Shown: piece after piece, positions 59,194 through 64,000 of the stretch
Layout of the letters: each line of letters begins with the position of its first letter
Position numbering within the stretch: the stretch's first letter is position 1
Source of the DNA: a bacterium
GTDB taxonomy: Bacteria > Electryoneota > JAOADG01
Assembly (NCBI GenBank): GCA_963681965.1
Contig: OY820579.1
Span: forward strand, 576,001-640,000
Length of the DNA stretch: 64,000 nucleotides
Direction: 5' to 3'
The notes under the pieces: generated by a model
Told to the model about the DNA's origin: nothing
Databases searched by the model: none
The model's input: only the letters and a program-made list of their open reading frames with translations
Translations under genes and position numbers: made by a program

Positions 59194-59783
59194 GCACCCC
59201 TCCGGAAAATCGATCCGGCAAGTATCATTTTCAGTCGGTTCCTCATGGGAACAAATGCCACTGCAAACAATATCGTGTCGACAACACCCTTGGTCAAAGC
59301 GAAGGGGAGACCTGCGATGAGCACCGTCGCCATCGACACCCCTTCCATCCCGGCGAGTAGTGGGAACGACGCCGTTGTCCACAAGTCAAACCACAACGAG
59401 GCGAGCAATCCAAACAGCCCCCATCCGACACGGGTATAAATCCGATTCGACGTCATAATGGGAGCGATCAGTCCAGACATCCAGCCGATGGACGCCATAC
59501 TGAACGCTTGCGCTAATAGCAGGATAAAACCGGGGGGTCCCCAAGGATTGAATAACGAATAGAGTGTTTCGCCGATTAAACCAACGGCAAAGCCGGAACG
59601 CGCGCCTAACGTAGCGCCAGCCAGAGCGATCGTTAGTGTAACACCTTCGACGTTGGGAATAAGAGCAAGCAGATATCCGACTGCAACAACTGCAGCCGAC
59701 CAAACGCCCACCCGGACGGCGGATAATAACGCCGGGGAGACTCCCTGCTGGCGTGGTTCATCGGAACTTGAGGGGTGCGACAC
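59190..59783 (-). CDS. ECF-type S component, cobalamin type (CbrT/BtuM-like)
   Basis: About 200 aa with six TM segments, IPNVE.VT motif and YS.FNPWG; first gene after the B12 riboswitch. Confidence 0.75.
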   Translation of the reverse strand: MSHPSSSDEPRQQGVSPALLSAVRVGVWSAAVVAVGYLLALIPNVEGVTLTIALAGATLGARSGFAVGLIGETLYSLFNPWGPPGFILLLAQAFSMASIGWMSGLIAPIMTSNRIYTRVGWGLFGLLASLWFDLWTTASFPLLAGMEGVSMATVLIAGLPFALTKGVVDTILFAVAFVPMRNRLKMILAGSIFRRGA

Positions 59784-59814
59784 GAACTCCTCCCCACGGA
59801 GGTTACGGTCAGTC

Positions 59815-59960
59815 GATGGTGCAGGTCATCTGGCTCTCCGGCTCGGTTCAAAACTCGTCTCGAATTCTGAATACGAATCGGTACACAGTTGCGGGGCAGC
59901 GGTGGCTAAGGATTTACCACACTTCCCCTGCTTGCATCCGGCAATAACCATTACCGAACG
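59815..59960 (-). ncRNA. Cobalamin riboswitch
   Basis: The minus strand carries AGGGGAAG-TGTGGT..CCAC-CGCTGCCCCGCAACTGT..GAGCCAGATGACCTGC, the canonical B12-element core. Confidence 0.88.
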
Positions 59961-60057
59961 CCCACCGTCCCGGCAGCGCTCGTATCGAGCGCTTACCAGG
60001 CATGAATGTCAATACAGAATCATCGATCCTGCTGGTTCAGAACAAAAAGTACGGGTA

Positions 60058-60426
60058 CTACTTTTCGGTACGCTGATACGTCGATTTTTCCTTGACGCGC
60101 GTCGCTTTACCGGTCAGGCTGCGCAGATAGTACAGCTTGGCACGTCGAACACTACCGCGCTTAATCACTTCCAGCTTGGCAATGGTCGGGCAGTGCAACG
60201 GGAGAATACGCTCGACACCGACGCCGTTCGAAAGTTTGCGAATCGTAAACGTTTCGGACAAGCCGCCGCCATGACGACCGATGATCGTTCCCTGAAATAC
60301 TTGCAAACGTTCTTTGTCGCCTTCGATAACACGCAAGTGCACGGCAACCGTATCGCCAATACCAAAATCCGGAATTGCTTCCGCAGGCTTCAACTGGCTC
60401 GCTGTGACAAAATAACGGAAATCCAT
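60058..60426 (-). CDS. rplS: 50S ribosomal protein L19
   Basis: [22 protein letters not shown] and [10 protein letters not shown]. Confidence 0.97.
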   Translation of the reverse strand: MDFRYFVTASQLKPAEAIPDFGIGDTVAVHLRVIEGDKERLQVFQGTIIGRHGGGLSETFTIRKLSNGVGVERILPLHCPTIAKLEVIKRGSVRRAKLYYLRSLTGKATRVKEKSTYQRTEK

Positions 60427-60483
60427 TTTTCTATTCCTTTTCGATACTTACTGTCACCGGTTCATTCCACCAATGACAAAAAA

Positions 60484-61182
60484 CTATTTCAATAAATCCG
60501 GTCGGCGTTGCTTTGTTCGTTCAATCCGTCGCTGCTGTCGCCACTCTTCGATCTTCAGATGATGACCACTTGCCAGTACTTCCGGCGGGGTACGCCCTTC
60601 CCATTCCCAGGGGCGGGTATACCATTCGCAATCGAGCAACGGCGCATCGTAGAAGCTATCCACTTCCGCCGATTCAAAATCATTCAACACACCCGGTAAC
60701 AATCGCACCACGGCATCGACAATCGTTAACGACGGCAGTTCGCCGCCGGTCAAAACATAGTCGCCGATACTCAATTCGCAATCGACCCGAGTCTCGCGAA
60801 ACCGTTCGTCCACCCCTTTATAGCGTCCGCATACCAAAATGAGATTGGTGCGTTTAGCCAACGCTTTGGCGGTTTCCTGCACAAACGGCTGACCATCCGG
60901 TGTCGGAAAAATCACAAAGGGACTATTCCCCTCTTTCAGTGTCCGGGCACGTAAATCATCGACTGCGCGGCACAATGGCTCGGGTTTCAGCACCATTCCG
61001 GCACCGCCGCCGAACGCTTCGTCGTCGACTTGCAGATGTTTGCCTTCCGCCCAGTCGCGAAGAAAATGCACGCGATACTCTACCGCTCCACATTTCCGCG
61101 CCCGCTCCAGCATGCTCGATGAAAGCACTGCCGAAACCGCGTCGGGAAACAGTGTCAGGATGTCGATAATCACGATCGGCAA
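60484..61182 (-). CDS. trmD: tRNA (guanine37-N1)-methyltransferase
   Basis: ILTLFP, VDD..FGGGAGMV, CGRY.GVDER and SIGDYVLTGGE. Confidence 0.96.
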   Translation of the reverse strand: MPIVIIDILTLFPDAVSAVLSSSMLERARKCGAVEYRVHFLRDWAEGKHLQVDDEAFGGGAGMVLKPEPLCRAVDDLRARTLKEGNSPFVIFPTPDGQPFVQETAKALAKRTNLILVCGRYKGVDERFRETRVDCELSIGDYVLTGGELPSLTIVDAVVRLLPGVLNDFESAEVDSFYDAPLLDCEWYTRPWEWEGRTPPEVLASGHHLKIEEWRQQRRIERTKQRRPDLLK

Positions 61183-61248
61183 TCGACTTCAGTGTGATGG
61201 CTGCGAGGATTTTCGATGTTAATCACATTCATCCCCAATTACCGTCAA

Positions 61249-61806
61249 TTATGCTTCGTCGACCCACGGCACCAAGCCGGGCATTAGTTTCACCTGAATC
61301 GTTTTCGTCGACAATTCGACCGATTTCACGAATCGTTTCAAGAACGGAATGAGCGTTGTATCGCCGTTCGGTCCTTGCACTTCGATCACATGCGAAGCCG
61401 GAAGCTCCATCACGTCGATCACCTTGCCCAGCGTCCGATTTTCCATATCGACAACTGTCAGACCAACCAGATCGTCAATGTAAAAGAACCATTTTCCCGT
61501 CGGTTTCGATCGCTCGGTGACTTCAAGGTAACTGCCAATCAAAGCTTCGGCAGTATTGCGATCGGTAATTTCCCGGAACGCAACGCGAATGAATTCACCG
61601 TCGATTCTTGTAGAAACCAGTGTCAATCGTTCGGGAAACACCCCCTTCGGGGTGGTATCGAAGCTGAGAAAAAACTCCTCGCCCCGTTTCCATTTCCGGG
61701 CGGCATCCGAGAGTGATCGAAGCACTACTTCACCTTGGAGACCGTGAGCTTTCACGATTCTCGCGACAGTAATACGATCTGCCCCCGGTTGTGGCTGATG
61801 TTCGAT
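61249..61806 (-). CDS. rimM: Ribosome maturation factor RimM (start codon uncertain)
   Basis: ITVARIVKAHGLQGEV, FY.DDLVGL.V and LIPF...FV; the conserved N-terminal strand lies upstream of the GTG at 61755. Confidence 0.9.
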   Translation of the reverse strand: MEHQPQPGADRITVARIVKAHGLQGEVVLRSLSDAARKWKRGEEFFLSFDTTPKGVFPERLTLVSTRIDGEFIRVAFREITDRNTAEALIGSYLEVTERSKPTGKWFFYIDDLVGLTVVDMENRTLGKVIDVMELPASHVIEVQGPNGDTTLIPFLKRFVKSVELSTKTIQVKLMPGLVPWVDEA

Positions 61807-61807
61807 A

Positions 61808-62176
61808 TTACGCTTCAGCGGTTTCCGGCTCAGCTTTCGGTGCGATAAATCGCTCTGGATATTTTGCCATCCAAGCTTTGTGAGCCACGGCTAATTCCGC
61901 CGGAGTCGCATTCTTCTTGGATTTGAGCTCAAATAACTCAAGTACGCCTTGACGCGAGAACAAAGATTTTACCGTATCTGTGGGCTGCGCACCTTTGGAC
62001 AACCATTCCAGTGCCTTGTCAACGTCGATCTGAATCGCCGGTTGCTTCGGCAGTGGATCGTAGAAACCGATTTTCTCGATAAAACCGCTGTCGCGCGGTG
62101 CCCGAGCGTCGGAAACTAAAATGCGGTAAAACGGACGTTTCTTCCGTCCCAACCGCGCTAAACGAATCTTAACCAT
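61808..62176 (-). CDS. rpsP: 30S ribosomal protein S16
   Basis: [27 protein letters not shown] and GAQPTDTV. Confidence 0.97.
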   Translation of the reverse strand: MVKIRLARLGRKKRPFYRILVSDARAPRDSGFIEKIGFYDPLPKQPAIQIDVDKALEWLSKGAQPTDTVKSLFSRQGVLELFELKSKKNATPAELAVAHKAWMAKYPERFIAPKAEPETAEA

Positions 62177-62282
62177 CTTACTCCTTAGATCCCAAAAAAG
62201 TTAATTTTTGATTCCGATTCACAAGTCGTTTGATTTATTTCCAACTGCTTCTTCGGTATCTCGAATGTACTGTTGTTATTTA

Positions 62283-62699
62283 CTATCGCTGAAAGCGAAT
62301 ATTCGTAAAATCTTGCTCGGTCTCGAGTAACTGCTTTTTGCGTCGCTCCGACCATTCGCGCGCCACCGATTTGGCGTCTTCCATCATTCCGGTTTCCATC
62401 AGCGTGGCAATCCACCGTGCGACGGAATGCGGAAGATCGTGACCGGGAATACCGTTAATTTTGAATTCGGCAGTCCCAACCAAGTGTCGCTCGAGAATCT
62501 CCTGTTGACGAGCGCGGTCTTCGTCGAATCCCGCAGCATAGAGCATTAGCCCGCAATTCGGGATTGGACAAGACATTCCGGTACGAGGACCGGATGTTGT
62601 CGACTGAGCATCCACTGCCGAATTGGAGGATGGGAAGCGATCCCATTTCCGGAATCCGGAGGGAAAAGATTGCTCGTCTTTATGCGGTGAAAACGACAC
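62283..62699 (-). CDS. Hypothetical protein with Cx4C..H..H motif
   Basis: Strong AGGAGG RBS before a GTG start; 138 codons; co-oriented with the flanking genes. Confidence 0.6.
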   Translation of the reverse strand: MSFSPHKDEQSFPSGFRKWDRFPSSNSAVDAQSTTSGPRTGMSCPIPNCGLMLYAAGFDEDRARQQEILERHLVGTAEFKINGIPGHDLPHSVARWIATLMETGMMEDAKSVAREWSERRKKQLLETEQDFTNIRFQR

Positions 62700-62829
62700 C
62701 GAACACCTCCTGAAAGGAAAAACGAGAACCGATTTGCCGACGAACTACTTCTAACAACAACACGATAGAACTAATCGAATCAAGTATAAAGAACTCTGGA
62801 AACGGTCGATTGTAGCGACCCAATCGTCG

Positions 62830-63999
62830 TTACAATCCGAATGGTAGTTTCATGCCCTTTTTGCCGGGATGAAAACCACCCATCTTACTCATCATTTTGC
62901 GCATTTGGTCGTACTGATTCAACAACCGGTTGACTTCCTGAAGGGGTCGACCGCTGCCAATCGCGATCCGACGCCGACGCGAACCGTCGATAATGTGCGG
63001 ACGAATGCGCTCGATCTTCGTCATACTCTGAATGATCGCCTTGACATGCAGCAACTCTTTTTCGTCGATATCGACGTCTTTCAGTTTGTTGCCGATGCCG
63101 GGAATCATCTTCACTAAATCCTGCAGCGAACCCATCTTCTTGATCGATTCGATCTGCTCCAGAAAATCGTCGAAAGTAAACGTCGCGGTCTGTAACCGTT
63201 CGGCGAGTTGCGCCGCTTTTTGCTCGTCGACGGCGCGCTGCGCTCGCTCGACCAGCGTAACGATGTCACCCAACCCTAAAATTCGTTTTGCCATCCGGTC
63301 GGGATGGAACGGTTCGAGTGCATCGGCTTTTTCACCGGTACCAATGAACAGCAACGGGCGTCCGGTCGCGGCACGAATCGAGAGCGCGGCGCCACCACGG
63401 GCATCGCCATCCATCTTCGTCAGCACCACGCCGTGGAAATCGATCCGGCGGGCAAATTCCACTGCCGTCGTTACAGCGTCCTGACCAGTCATCGCATCGG
63501 CAACATACAGGATATCCGAGGGATTGACGGACGCCTTGATCTTCTCAAGTTCCGCCATCATCTCATCGTCGATCGCCAATCGTCCGGCAGTATCGATAAT
63601 CACGACATCGCGCGCTTGTCGGCGAGCGTCGTCGATACCGCTTTTGGCAATTGCCAGCGGAGTTTTTCGGTCGCCGATACTTACCGGTACACCGCTCTTT
63701 TGTCCCAATACCTGCAATTGATCGATAGCGGCGGGACGATACACGTCGCCGGCAACCATCAACGGATAGCGTTTTCGCTCTTTCAGCCAGAGTGCCAGTT
63801 TCGCGCAGAACGTCGTCTTACCGGAACCTTGCAGACCGCAAACCATTACAATCGCAGGGGTACCGCTTAATTTCATCGGGCGGTAGTCGCCACCCAATAA
63901 TACGACCAATTCGTCGTGGATGATTTTGACAATCTGGTTGCCCGGACTGACCGACGATATGACTTCGGAACCGACCGCTTTATCGGAAATCTTGTCGAC
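62830..63999 (-). CDS. ffh: Signal recognition particle protein Ffh, 5'-truncated by the window edge
   Basis: GLQGSGKTT, DTAGR, TKMDGDARGG and a Met-rich M domain with SRRRRIA.GSG. Confidence 0.97.
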   Translation of the reverse strand, partial: VDKISDKAVGSEVISSVSPGNQIVKIIHDELVVLLGGDYRPMKLSGTPAIVMVCGLQGSGKTTFCAKLALWLKERKRYPLMVAGDVYRPAAIDQLQVLGQKSGVPVSIGDRKTPLAIAKSGIDDARRQARDVVIIDTAGRLAIDDEMMAELEKIKASVNPSDILYVADAMTGQDAVTTAVEFARRIDFHGVVLTKMDGDARGGAALSIRAATGRPLLFIGTGEKADALEPFHPDRMAKRILGLGDIVTLVERAQRAVDEQKAAQLAERLQTATFTFDDFLEQIESIKKMGSLQDLVKMIPGIGNKLKDVDIDEKELLHVKAIIQSMTKIERIRPHIIDGSRRRRIAIGSGRPLQEVNRLLNQYDQMRKMMSKMGGFHPGKKGMKLPFGL

Positions 64000-64000
64000 A

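Noticed and set aside
1-64000. tRNA, rRNA, prophage, integrase, RAYT or reverse transcriptase genes
   Set aside because: None was recognised by eye. A covariance-model scan would be needed to exclude small RNAs.

Overview
Bacterial chromosomal window, probably from a Gram-negative FCB-group organism (inferred from two proteins with T9SS/Por-type C-terminal sorting domains). Housekeeping and metabolic content: ABC-2 permeases, an arsenic-resistance cluster (arsR-arsP-trx-trx-ccdA-methyltransferase-acr3-arsC), PAS sensors, sufU, a GH13 enzyme, tandem ptb genes, a 2-oxoacid dehydrogenase E1a/E1b/E2 cluster, valS, a 9-heme cytochrome, amtB, secreted TldD/TldE, ogt, a cobalamin-riboswitch-controlled uptake operon, and ffh-rpsP-rimM-trmD-rplS. 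The most notable observations are five. (1) A secreted SBBP/T9SS protein has absorbed about ten palindromic repeats from several REP-like families in frame. (2) An AT-rich island encodes a HicA-HicB-SecB toxin-antitoxin-chaperone (TAC) module. (3) valS is preceded by a Val-rich leader peptide and an attenuator-like RNA structure. (4) A 113-114 bp MITE occurs four times, carries a REP hairpin, and has ends resembling those of an IS630 in the same window. (5) That IS630 disrupts a small membrane-protein gene that can be reconstructed exactly. All calls come from reading motifs by eye; no database searches were run.
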